Part shown: positions 1 through 9,089 of the stretch, in pieces
Layout of the letters: every line of letters begins with the position of its first letter
Position numbering within the stretch: the stretch's first letter is position 1
Virus record (IMG/VR): IMGVR_UViG_3300045988_114107
Span: 1 to 14,846 of that record
DNA from: a virus
DNA: 14,846 nucleotides
Direction: 5' to 3' (one strand)
The notes under the pieces: generated by a model
Told to the model about the DNA's origin: nothing
Database searches by the model: none
The model's input: the letters and a program-made list of their open reading frames with translations, nothing else
Program-made: the position numbers and the translations under genes

Positions 1-54
1 ATTACAGTTAAGGAAGTCGACAACCTTATAATTAAATTATGGTTTGCAACCTAA
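1..54 (+). CDS. 3' end of an upstream ORF cut by the window edge (ITVKEVDNLIIKLWFAT*)
   Basis: Open frame 1 from base 1 to a TAA at 52-54; too short for functional assignment. Confidence 0.3.
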   Translation: MTVKEVDNLIIKLWFAT

Positions 55-75
55 TAGCAAGAAAGAGGAAATAAA

Positions 76-483
76 ATGGAAACAAGAAAGTATGAAGTAA
101 CAGTAAACGAAAAGAAAGGAACTTGCGACAACGCGTTATTCGAGAAAATGGCAAAGAAAGGAGATTTAACAGCTATCAAATTATCAGAGTTAGTAGGCGT
201 AGAAGTTAAAATATTAGGATACGCAAAATGTCATATTGTAACAGACGAAAAAGAATTTGATATAAACTACTTTGATACAGAAGAATACGGCTTAGTATCT
301 AGTGGTAGCGAAATCTTTACAGAAAGTGTAGTAGATTATTTCGGAGAAGTAGAAAGCGTAAGACTAACAGAAGTAAAAACAAAGAAAGGTAAAACTTATA
401 AAGCAGTACCAGTACTAGGAAATAACAAAAAAGAAGAAACTACAAAAAATGAAGAAGAAACAACAGACGATTTACCATTTTAA
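76..483 (+). CDS. Probable phage single-stranded DNA-binding protein (acidic tail ending DDLPF)
   Basis: 135 aa ORF with upstream AAAGAGGAAAT. C-terminal EEETTDDLPF resembles SSB acidic tips; it sits immediately before terminal protein and polymerase as in phi29-like early operons. Confidence 0.55.
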   Translation: METRKYEVTVNEKKGTCDNALFEKMAKKGDLTAIKLSELVGVEVKILGYAKCHIVTDEKEFDINYFDTEEYGLVSSGSEIFTESVVDYFGEVESVRLTEVKTKKGKTYKAVPVLGNNKKEETTKNEEETTDDLPF

Positions 484-506
484 TTTTGTAGTAAAGGAGA
501 ATAAAT

Positions 507-1282
507 ATGCCTAAAAAAAAGGAACTAACCCGAGAGGAACAAGAATTATTTAGTGAATTAAAGAAGTTAAGTAAAAGAGCTAACCAACGTATAGTAAGGT
601 TAGAACGCGAGTTTCGGGAAAGATACTTGGGCTACAAAATATTTAAAGGAAAAGCTTGCAACCGAACCGTTGCAAGCTTGGTCTGTTTCTGGGCGTGTTA
701 AAGCCAATAAATCTATGACAGTTACACAAATGAGAGCAACTATAAAAGCTACAAAAGAATTTTTAAATAGTAGTATTAGTACTAAAAGAGGAATAAAGAA
801 AGCTAAACAAAAAGCTATTAAAACATTAAAAACAAGATTTAGTACTGATGTTTCGGATATATCTTACGAAGAAGCAGAAGCATTAACGAATTTTTTTGAG
901 GATAAAGAAGTAAATGGAATAACAAATTTTATACCTCGGGTCTGATGTATTAGCAGTAATAGAAGAAGCAAGAGAGAAACAAAATGATTATCAAACTTTT
1001 GCAAGTCAAATGGAAAGTATCATACAATGGAACAGAGGCTATAATATAGAAAGTATATTAAGAAAAATATATACAAAGTATGTATATAGAGGTAGTCAGA
1101 ATACTGACGAAATAGAATTATTATACAGTAATGTTATAGAACTAGTAAATAATGCTAATAGTGAAAGCGATTTACAAGAGGTAGAAAGTATAATAGCAAA
1201 TTTAATGTCAGAAGGGAAAATCGACGGCAAAGAATATAATTATTTAATAAACGCCATAAATGATAAAAGAAAAGAGATTTAA
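507..1282 (+). CDS. DNA terminal protein (primer of protein-primed replication), one gene needing two +1 shifts at CGG (615-617, 937-939); 257 aa
   Basis: Track ORFs 507-701, 670-945 and 1010-1282 join as ...KRANQRIVRLEREF|GKDTWATKYLKEKLATEPLQAWSVSGRVKANKSMTVTQMRATIKATKEFLNSSISTKRG...ITNFIP|GSDVLAVIEEARREKQNDYQTFASQMESIIQWNRGYN... Located directly upstream of polymerase. Function from gene order and a remembered family-like N-terminus. Confidence 0.75.
615..617 (+). other. CGG +1 recoding site 1 (TTT CGGG AAA -> F-G-K) in terminal protein
   Basis: In-frame CGG in frame 507; coding continues as GGG AAA GAT ACT TGG in frame of ORF 670-945. Confidence 0.85.
937..939 (+). other. CGG +1 recoding site 2 (CCT CGGG TCT -> P-G-S) in terminal protein
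   Basis: Zero frame: CGG GTC TGA. +1 frame is open straight into ORF 1010-1282 (GSDVLAVIEEARREK...). Confidence 0.85.
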
Positions 1283-1285
1283 AAT

Positions 1286-3400
1286 ATGAAATATTATAAA
1301 GAATTTCAATATCATTTTGGGGACATAGTAGGCGAAAGAAAAAAAGTAGATAATACTATATATTCGTTAGATATAGAAACATCAAGTTATTTAATATTAC
1401 ACGGTAGAATATTACCAGCAATAAAATATTTAGAATTAACAGAGGAAGAACAAAAACTAGCAGAATTTAGAAGTTGTATGTATATTTGGATGTTTTCTAT
1501 TAACGAAGAAGTATATTACGGTAGAACTTGGGAAGAATTAAAAAGTTTTCTAATACGATTAGATTATTATAATAATAGTAAAAAAATAGTATTTATACAC
1601 AATTTAGCGTTTGAATTTCAATATTTAAAAAGTATATTTAGATTTAAAAACGTAGTAGCAAGAAAAAAACACAAAGTTATGAAATGCGAACTAGAAGACT
1701 ATAACATAGAAATTAGATGCACTTATCAAATGTCAAATTGCGCATTAAAGCAATTACCTAAAATATTTATGTTACCCGTAGAAAAGAAAGTAGGCGATTT
1801 AGATTATACGTTACTTAGAACGCCAGCAACGAAACTAACAGAAAAAGAATTAGGATATTGCGAATATGACTGTTTAGTTATATATTATTATATAAAAAGA
1901 GAATTAGAAACCTATGGCAGAGTTGACAAAATACCATTAACAAGCACGGGACACGTAAGGCGAGAACTAAAAGAAAGAATATCGGAAGACTGGGACTATA
2001 AAAGAAAAGTTAAAAAGTCAATAAATATAAACCCACACATATATAATTTATTACAAGAAGCATTTGCCGGACGGATACACGCACGCTAATTGGATATATG
2101 TTGACGAAATACTAAAAAATATAGAAAGCTGGGACTTTACGAGTTCATATCCATATATTTTAGTTTCACATCAATTCCCGTCTACTGAGTTCCAAAAATG
2201 TATGATAAAAGATAGAAAACAAATGTTAACTAGATTTGCATATATATTAGTAGTAGAATTTAAAAATATAAAATGTAAATATTATAATAATTTTATTTCG
2301 CAAAGTAAATGTAGAGAAATAAAAAAAGGTAAATACGATAATGGGCGTGTAATGGAAGCAGAAAGTTTAACAATTACGCTAACAGATGTAGATTTTTACT
2401 TTTTATTAGATACTTATAAATACGATAGTTACGAAATAAAAGAAAGTTATTATAGCGTTTACGATTATTTACCTAAACAATTTATAGAATTTGTTTTAGA
2501 AAAATATGTAAATAAAACAGCGTATAAAAACGTAGAAGGTATGGAAGTAGAATACGCAAAAGAAAAAAATAAATTTAACGCCTTGTATGGTATGAGTGTT
2601 ACTAATATGATACGTGACGAAGTATTATACGACAATGAATTAGACTGGACGGAAAGAGAATTAGAAAACACAGAAATAATAGCAAAATTAAATGAAGAAA
2701 AGAAAAAAGCTTTTTTATCTTTTGCTTATGGTGTTTGGGTTACAGCATACGCACGTTCTAATTTATTAAAAAATGTAATACAACTAGACGAACAAGTAGT
2801 ATACTGTGATACTGACAGTATGAAATTAAAAGAAGGATACGACAAAACAGTAATAGAAAAATATAACAAATTTGTAATACAAAAATTAAAACACGTAAGT
2901 AAATTACTAGATATACCATACGAAAAATTTAGCCCGAAAGATAGTAAAGGAGAACGCCATATATTAGGTGTATTCGATAACGACGGACAATACGACGAGT
3001 TTATAACGCAAGGCGCTAAAAAATATGCTTATACGAAATGGATAGATAAAGAAAAAATAAAAGAAGATACAAACGTACAAGAAATAAAAGGAAAAAAAGC
3101 AAAAATATTAGAAATTACAGTAGCTGGTGTACCTAAAAGCCGGCGCGCAAGGTTTAAAAAATTTATCAGAATTTAAAGACAATTTTATATTTGATTTTAA
3201 ATATACGAATAAAAATTTGCTAATGTATTGCGAAAATCAAGAAAAATGTACTATAATAGATTATCAAGGAAATGAATATACAGTAGTAGACAAAAGCCGG
3301 TTGCTGTATTGTTCCGACAACATACATACTAGGGAAAGCTCTAGATTATGCCGACTTAATTTCTGATAATTCTAGTAAACGTGCAAAATATAAGGAGTGA
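1286..3400 (+). CDS. Protein-primed family B DNA polymerase, one gene needing three +1 shifts at CGG (2072-2074, 3141-3143, 3298-3300); 703 aa
   Basis: 3'-5' exonuclease-like N-terminus (YSLDIETS; HNLAFEFQYL; YCEYDC), restored FAGGYTHAN (YxGG/A motif), DFTSSYPY motif A, NKFNALYGMS motif B, YCDTDS motif C, restored AGVPKSGAQGLKNLSEFKDNF and C-terminal DKSGCCIVPTTYILGKALDYADLISDNSSKRAKYKE*. Confidence 0.93.
2072..2074 (+). other. CGG +1 recoding site 3 (GGA CGGA TAC -> G-G-Y) in DNA polymerase
   Basis: Restores AFAGGYTHANWI, corresponding to the phi29 AYRGGFTWLN (YxGG/A) motif. Confidence 0.93.
3141..3143 (+). other. CGG +1 recoding site 4 (AGC CGGC GCG -> S-G-A) in DNA polymerase
   Basis: Restores TVAGVPKSGAQGLKNLSEFKDNFIFDF across ORF 2064-3176 and ORF 3127-3366. 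Confidence 0.92.
3298..3300 (+). other. CGG +1 recoding site 5 (AGC CGGT TGC -> S-G-C) in DNA polymerase
   Basis: Restores DKSGCCIVPTTYILGKALDYADLISDNSSKRAKYKE*, alignable with phi29 C-terminal VPGGVVLVDDTFTI. Confidence 0.9.
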
Positions 3401-3404
3401 GAAA

Positions 3405-3596
3405 GTGAAAGATTTAGAATTTATTAAAAAATTTTCAAAAATAACAGTATCGGGCGCGTGTAAAAAAACAAAAGTAGATAGAGCAGGACTACTAACGAAT
3501 AGATTAAAAGACGAAAAGGCAAAGGCTGTAAGAGAAGAAATCGAAAACCAAATTGCAAGATTATATATAAAGGAAGAAAATAACAATGGCGAATAA
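3405..3596 (+). CDS. Small hypothetical protein (63 aa, GTG start)
   Basis: GTG preceded by AAGGAGTGAGAAA; VKDLEFIKKFSKITVSGACKKTKVDRAGLLTNRLKDEKAKAV... Tightly packed between polymerase stop (3400) and ATPase start (3586). Track ATG at 3381 would overlap the polymerase end. Confidence 0.6.
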   Translation: MKDLEFIKKFSKITVSGACKKTKVDRAGLLTNRLKDEKAKAVREEIENQIARLYIKEENNNGE

Positions 3597-4681
3597 AAAA
3601 GTAGTCCATTATAATATAGATAAAATAGACGCGATACGGTGCTAGAATTAACTTGATATACGGCGAGCGCTCTAACGGGAAAAGCTATCAAGTGAAACAC
3701 AAAAAAGCCGTAGAAAAATATTTAAAAACTGGAAAAAGATTTATTTTAATGCGTAGATTACGCGAGGAAATAACGTCCGAGAAAATAGAACAATATTTTC
3801 AAGATGTAGACGTAGCAAAATTAACAGAGGGAAAATATAATTGTATAACATTATATAGAAAAAATTTATATTTATCGATATATGATAACGAAACGGGTAA
3901 AACTAAAAGATTTGATAAAATAGGCTATGTAGTAGCATTATCGACAGAACAAAATTACGCCGGTGCAAGTTATTTAGATGTAGAAGATATTATATTTGAA
4001 GAATTTATGAGCCGTAGCACTTATTTACCTAATGAAAGTAATAAACTAATGAATTTTTATGCGACAGTAGATAGAAAACGTTTAAAAGTAAGATTATGGC
4101 TAGTAGGTAATACAATTTCTAGGGTATGCCCCTATATTAACGACTGGGGCTTACATCAGATAATTAGCGCACAAAAACAAGGTACAATACAAGTAAAAGA
4201 AATACCCGACGTAGTAGAAGGAAACCCACCAATTAAGATAGCGCTTGAATATTGTTTATCTACTGGCAAAACTTCGGGAACTATTGGAACTAACGCCAAA
4301 ATGATAAATACGGGGGCTTGGGAAACGCACCCACAACCACATTTGCCAAAAAGTTATAATAATTATAATGTATTATATCGTTTCGGCTTTCAATATCAAA
4401 GTTTCAAGTTTTTATGCGAATACATAGTAGATAAGGAAGAAAAAACAAGTCCGATTTGGTTTATCCGTCCATATTATAAAGAATTTTCTAATAAAATAAT
4501 TGTATTTTCTGATGTTATAAAAGTATCTAGATACTGGCAAAGAGATATATACAATATATCAATAAAAAACGAAAAACTACGTAACTTGTTTATGACATTT
4601 AAGGAAAACAAAATTTTTTATGCTAACGATATGGTAGGTACAGACTTTAAACAAGTTATAGATTTTCAGATAAGGAGATAG
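3586..4681 (+). CDS. DNA packaging ATPase (phi29 gp16-like), one gene needing one +1 shift at CGG 3637-3639; 364 aa
   Basis: ATG 3586 with upstream AAGGAAG; MANKKVVHYNIDKIDAI|GARINLIYGERSNGKSYQVKHKKAVEKYL... Walker A GERSNGKS; acidic Walker B-like VEDIIFEEFM. Zero-frame reading stops two codons after CGG (CGG TGC TAG). Confidence 0.88.
3637..3639 (+). other. CGG +1 recoding site 6 (ATA CGGT GCT -> I-G-A) in packaging ATPase
   Basis: Joins RBS-preceded N-terminus MANKKVVHYNIDKIDAI to GARINLIYGERSNGKSY; zero frame hits TAG two codons later. Confidence 0.9.
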
Positions 4682-4684
4682 AAA

Positions 4685-6302
4685 ATGAATAGTAAAATTA
4701 TATTAGTAAAAAATATAAATATTGACAGACAATATACTAACGTACTTTCCTATACAGAAGCACAAATGTTAGAATTATGCAGAAGTCAAGGACATTTAGT
4801 CGCGCAAGCTGAAAATTATTCTTTTTTAAGAAACACGGGAACTATAATGGCTGGGTTTACTTATGCACAATGTTTACAAGCAAACTATATCGCATTTCAA
4901 AACCCCGACTATTCTAACAAATGGTTTTTTGCTTGGATAGACGACGTTATATACAAAGGAGATAAAAACACAGAAATAACATTTACAGTAGACGCTTGGT
5001 CTACTTGGTTTGATAAATGGGAAAAGAAAACGTGTTTTATAAATAGACAACACGTAAACGACGATACAATAGGTTTACATACAATACCCGAAAATTTAGA
5101 CGTAGGCGAAATAATTGAAGAAAGTTACGAAGGTTTTCCGGTTATTGATACCGAAGAAGATAGAAACCAATTTTATTATGTTATAGAAGGTACTTATAAC
5201 CCTATAACAAAAAAAGATTTTGTTGGAGTTACTAAAATTAATGGCTCACTTTCGGGGTCTTGGTTATTTTTATTTGAAGCTTATGAAGGTAGTGTGGGGT
5301 TACCTAATATAGAAAATTTTTTAGGCGAAGTAAACGAAGCAAAAAAAATTGATAGTATACAAAATATGTATATATTACCTAAATATTTAGTAGACGCAAT
5401 AGGTACAACAAGATATGAAACCACTGGACAAGTATTTGGAAACTATCATTTTTACCTATTAAATTCAAGTACTAGAGCAATAACATTAGCTTATAATTTT
5501 ATTAAAGTAAATAGGTACAATGATTTTGTTCCAAAAAATAATAAATGTTTTGTTTATCCGTATAATTATATGTTAATTAGCAATAATGTAGGAAATTATA
5601 ATATATATAAATATGAAGATTTTATATTAAATAATCAAATAGCAGAAAATCCAATAGTAGAATTAGAGTGCGCAATTTCTGTGGGTGCTTCAATACGTTT
5701 AGTGCCAAGAGGTTATAAAAATATAGATAGAAATTACGACGAAGCATTACCATTATCAAAATTTCCAACTTGTTCTTGGTCTTCTGACGCTTTCACAAAC
5801 TGGTTAACACAAAACGGTATTAATATAGCTACTAATGTTTTATTAGCTACTGCTGGGGTTGGTGTATCTTTAGCAAGTGGTGGAACATTAGCACCAGCTG
5901 TATTATCAATAGCTGGAACAGTTGCAAATACAATAGGGCAATTTTACCAAGCTAGTTTATTACCTTCTATTACTGGTGGTAATAATGCTGGAGATGTGAA
6001 TTTTGCCTCAAGACAAAATATATTTGCTATACATCATTTAAGAGCAAAGACAGAATATTTAAAAATAATAGACGATTACTTTACACGATTTCGGATATGC
6101 AATAAAAAGTTTGGAATTACCTAATATTACTGGTCGTAGATATTGGAACTATGTAGAAATTGGGTCAAGTGAAGAAATAGGATACGGCGAAGTACCAAGT
6201 AAATATATGGAAATAATAAATAATGCTTGTAGACGTGGTGTTACTATATGGCATAATCACGGAAATGTTGGAAATTATAGCTTAAATAATATAATTGTTT
6301 AA
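4685..6302 (+). CDS. Tail knob / major tail protein (phi29 gp9-like), one gene needing one +1 shift at CGG 6092-6094; 538 aa
   Basis: RBS AAGGAG; NTGTIMAGFTYAQ and KWFFAWIDDVIYKGDKNTEITFTVDAWSTWF resemble phi29-family tail knob proteins. Restored C-terminus DYFTRF|GYAIKSLELPNITGRRYWNYVEIGSSEEIGYGEVPSKYMEIINNACRRGVTIWHNHGNVGNYSLNNIIV. Confidence 0.85.
6092..6094 (+). other. CGG +1 recoding site 7 (TTT CGGA TAT -> F-G-Y) in tail knob protein
   Basis: Restores YFTRFGYAIKSLELPNITGRRYWNYVEIG... Confidence 0.9.
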
Positions 6303-6314
6303 CGTGAAACAATT

Positions 6315-6342
6315 AAAAAGAGAAGTAAAAACTTCTCTTTTT
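6315..6342. terminator. Bidirectional terminator between convergent gene blocks
   Basis: Perfect inverted repeat AAAAAGAGAAGT-AAAA-ACTTCTCTTTTT (12 bp stem, 4 nt loop) between the stop at 6302 (+) and the stop at 6342 (-), A/T-rich on both flanks. Confidence 0.85.
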
Positions 6343-8306
6343 TAAATTAATTCAATTTGATTTTGTATTATTCTAGCAATTATTTCTTGTCCAGCATTAT
6401 TAGGGTGTAATCTATCGCCATTTACATAGTACATATCATTAATTTTATCTATTAACGATTTTATTGTGCTTCTATCTGTTAAATTAAAATATGGTATAGA
6501 ATAATAAGCACATCTATTTTTTATAGCATTTACATATTCCATAAATTTATAACCTGTTTCGTGTGTTAAATTTCTATATAAAGGTGTTAAAAATAATATA
6601 GGTTTTCCCGGATATTTTTCAATTAAACCAGTAATAAGAGTGTTTAAAGCCCCATTAAAAGTTTCTATATTATTTGAGTTCTCATCTCCTAAAGGTATTT
6701 GATAAGCATAATCATTGGTACCACCAAAAACAACTACATAATCTAAGTTATTATCCATATTAGCATATCTAATACACATAGGGTTTTCTTGTGCATTTTC
6801 TTGTGCATTTTCTCCAGCTTTTGCAATAGAATTACCAGAAATACCATAATTAATAGATGTAGAACCACTATTTTCTGCAATAACAGTAGGATATGGTCTA
6901 CTAACTCCTAAACCGTATGTAATGCTATCGCCTAAATATCCAATAATTTTATTATATAATTTTGAATTATTAATATTTGATACTTGTATATTATCTCTTA
7001 ATCGATAATAATCTATTAAGTTATTTGTTCCTTGTATCAAATAATAATTTTCTACTTCTGATTTTCTTAATGACTTAGTTATATATACAGCGTTATTATA
7101 TGGAATTGTAAAATTTGAAGTATTTGGAGATGTTAAACCACCTATCCAATTAAAATTAATATCATAAAAATTAATAAAGCCGGTACCATTTCCTTGATAA
7201 AATACGGTTTCATTTGGTATATAAATAGGCAATTCCATAATTTCACTTACATACTCAGTTAAGTTGCCACTTTCATTAGTATCATACATACCTTTATTAC
7301 TAAAATAACCATCAGTATTTATAAAATTTTTATTAAATAAATTATTTGTAATATGTTCTATAAAAGAGGTATTTTCGGGTAATATACTATTACCTATTAA
7401 ATTTTCTGTTGGTACAAGAATACTATTATTTTTAAAATGTGTTGGTTTTTTTAATTTATTAATTATATAATTATTACTAGTTCCTTTACATAAATATATA
7501 TTGTCATAGTGTGGTATAGATTTTAATATATTCATTTTAATATATGAAACATTTGCAACGGGAATTATCAATTGTGTTGTAGTTGCTACAAATTGAATAA
7601 ACTCTTGATTTTCATCAAATAAAATATAACCACCATTTGTAAGATTTGAACGCCAAATAGTTTCTTCTGGTGTATATTCTCCTACTTGAATAAATTCTGT
7701 TGAAACATAATTTCCGTTTTCAATTATTTCTCCATTTGTATTATAATAATAATCATTTACTAAAGACATATCAACTAAATTATTATTTTGTACTTCTACA
7801 AAATTTAATTTATTTGGACTTATTGCAAAATCTTGTACTGTTGCATTTGTAACACTTTGTTTTCCTATTACAGCAACACTACCACCTGTCATAGCTTCTT
7901 TAACTTCTTGTGTTAAATCGTTCATACCAATTAAGTCAGATTTATTTCTTTTTGTAATTTCAAGATTATTAACTTCATTAGTTAAATTTTCAAAATATGG
8001 AGTTATTAAATTTTGTAAAGTTCCGTCATTTACTAAATTATTTAATTTATTATTTATTTCTTCTTGAACATCTAAATTATCAAAATAATTATTAACAAAA
8101 TTTTTTAATTCTATAAAAGCATTTGTAACATTTTCTACTTGTGTTCCTAATGTATTTTCGCTATTTATTATTTTATTCATTTCTTTACCCAATTTACCGA
8201 ATAATTGCCACTCTGTTAACGCGTCAAAATCTGCTTCAATAAAAGGGAAATTTTCTAATACAAACCATTTAAAAGGTGTTAAATTTTTATATTCAAATTT
8301 ATTCAT
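6342..8306 (-). CDS. Appendage / receptor-binding protein with C-terminal SGNH (GDSL-like) hydrolase domain, 654 aa
   Basis: Intact ORF; N-terminal ENFPFIEADFDALTEWQLFGKLGKEMNKI typical of phage tail-attachment segments. C-terminal GYLGDSITYGLG, VVFGGTNDY and HPNNAGQEIIARII correspond to SGNH blocks. Confidence 0.8.
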   Translation of the reverse strand: MNKFEYKNLTPFKWFVLENFPFIEADFDALTEWQLFGKLGKEMNKIINSENTLGTQVENVTNAFIELKNFVNNYFDNLDVQEEINNKLNNLVNDGTLQNLITPYFENLTNEVNNLEITKRNKSDLIGMNDLTQEVKEAMTGGSVAVIGKQSVTNATVQDFAISPNKLNFVEVQNNNLVDMSLVNDYYYNTNGEIIENGNYVSTEFIQVGEYTPEETIWRSNLTNGGYILFDENQEFIQFVATTTQLIIPVANVSYIKMNILKSIPHYDNIYLCKGTSNNYIINKLKKPTHFKNNSILVPTENLIGNSILPENTSFIEHITNNLFNKNFINTDGYFSNKGMYDTNESGNLTEYVSEIMELPIYIPNETVFYQGNGTGFINFYDINFNWIGGLTSPNTSNFTIPYNNAVYITKSLRKSEVENYYLIQGTNNLIDYYRLRDNIQVSNINNSKLYNKIIGYLGDSITYGLGVSRPYPTVIAENSGSTSINYGISGNSIAKAGENAQENAQENPMCIRYANMDNNLDYVVVFGGTNDYAYQIPLGDENSNNIETFNGALNTLITGLIEKYPGKPILFLTPLYRNLTHETGYKFMEYVNAIKNRCAYYSIPYFNLTDRSTIKSLIDKINDMYYVNGDRLHPNNAGQEIIARIIQNQIELI

Positions 8307-8321
8307 TTTTCTTTCTCCTCT

Positions 8322-9089
8322 CTAAACTAAACTATAAAATAGGCAGTCTAACTCTTTATAGATTAAACTATATATTGATTTTATATTTTCTTGCATTTCT
8401 TTTAAAATTGCTATTTTATCTGCTGGTGTTCTTGTTACTGTTTCATTATATATTTTATTGTCTGTACCTTGATTTGTTGCTTGTGATGTTCCTTCGCTAT
8501 GTGAATTATCATTACCCGTATTTGTGTTTGTATCATAACTATAATTAGTAACATAACTTCCGTTTCTTAAATCTTCAAGTTGGTTTTGAGGTAGTTCGCT
8601 ATTTCTTCTATCTGATACATCTTCTGTACTTGTTATAGAAGTATTTTCTAGTGTATTACTTGTATTATTTGTATTTTGTGATGTTGTATTATCTGTACCA
8701 GTTCTAGTAGTAACTTCGCCGTCGTTAAAAATTTCCCAATTTTCTAATGCGTTAAACATTTTATTGTATAATGGCATTATTTCGTTTAGTTTTACGTCTA
8801 GTTGTATTCTAAAAGCTGTTACAGTTTCAAAACCAATTCTACGTTGTAAATAATGATTTAATATCATTGTTTCGAATTTTTCTTTATCTAAATATTGTGA
8901 TAAAGGATATTCAAAATTAAAAATAGTTGTTCGTCCTTCTTTTGCTAAGTCTTTTATTTTTGTGTAGTCTTCTTCCTCTTTATCTCCATTTACGATAGAA
9001 TTTAAAATAGAATATAAAGTAGGTGGTTTACTACAATTAGGTGGTAAAAAAGGATAAAACATAAATAAACCGTTATAATATGGTATCAT
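8322..9089 (-). CDS. Lower collar / tail connector protein (phi29 gp11-like), 255 aa
   Basis: Intact ORF directly after the portal gene; NHYLQRRIGFETVTAFRIQLDVKLNEIMPLYNKMF is typical of this family; Asn/Thr-rich C-terminal part. Confidence 0.7.
   Translation of the reverse strand: MIPYYNGLFMFYPFLPPNCSKPPTLYSILNSIVNGDKEEEDYTKIKDLAKEGRTTIFNFEYPLSQYLDKEKFETMILNHYLQRRIGFETVTAFRIQLDVKLNEIMPLYNKMFNALENWEIFNDGEVTTRTGTDNTTSQNTNNTSNTLENTSITSTEDVSDRRNSELPQNQLEDLRNGSYVTNYSYDTNTNTGNDNSHSEGTSQATNQGTDNKIYNETVTRTPADKIAILKEMQENIKSIYSLIYKELDCLFYSLV

Noticed and set aside
670-701. Overlapping ORFs 507-701/670-945 as two separate small genes
   Set aside because: ORF 670 has no RBS, and the +1 reading upstream of its ATG (GKDTWATKYLKEKLATEPLQAW) is coding-like, so they are one gene.
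2465-2671. Minus-strand 68 aa ORF inside polymerase
   Set aside because: Antisense to a strongly supported polymerase region containing motif B; no RBS or domain.
507-3366. Pseudogenisation or random frameshift mutations in TP and polymerase
   Set aside because: All breaks are the same sign, coincide exactly with in-frame CGG, leave catalytic motifs intact, and the same rule repairs three further genes including ones on the opposite strand.
3398-3400. TGA reassigned to Trp (code 4)
   Set aside because: TGA appears as the natural polymerase stop immediately before an RBS-linked GTG start, no in-frame TGA was noticed within restored genes, and Trp is encoded by TGG throughout.
3356-3700. Minus-strand ORFs 3356-3700 and 3424-3609 (+ track)
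   Set aside because: Antisense/shadow frames of the polymerase end, the small ORF and the ATPase start; low-complexity hydrophobic translations typical of AT-rich shadows.
8276-8548. ORF 8276-8548 (+)
   Set aside because: Shadow ORF opposite the lower collar gene; Leu/Tyr/Phe-rich artefact.
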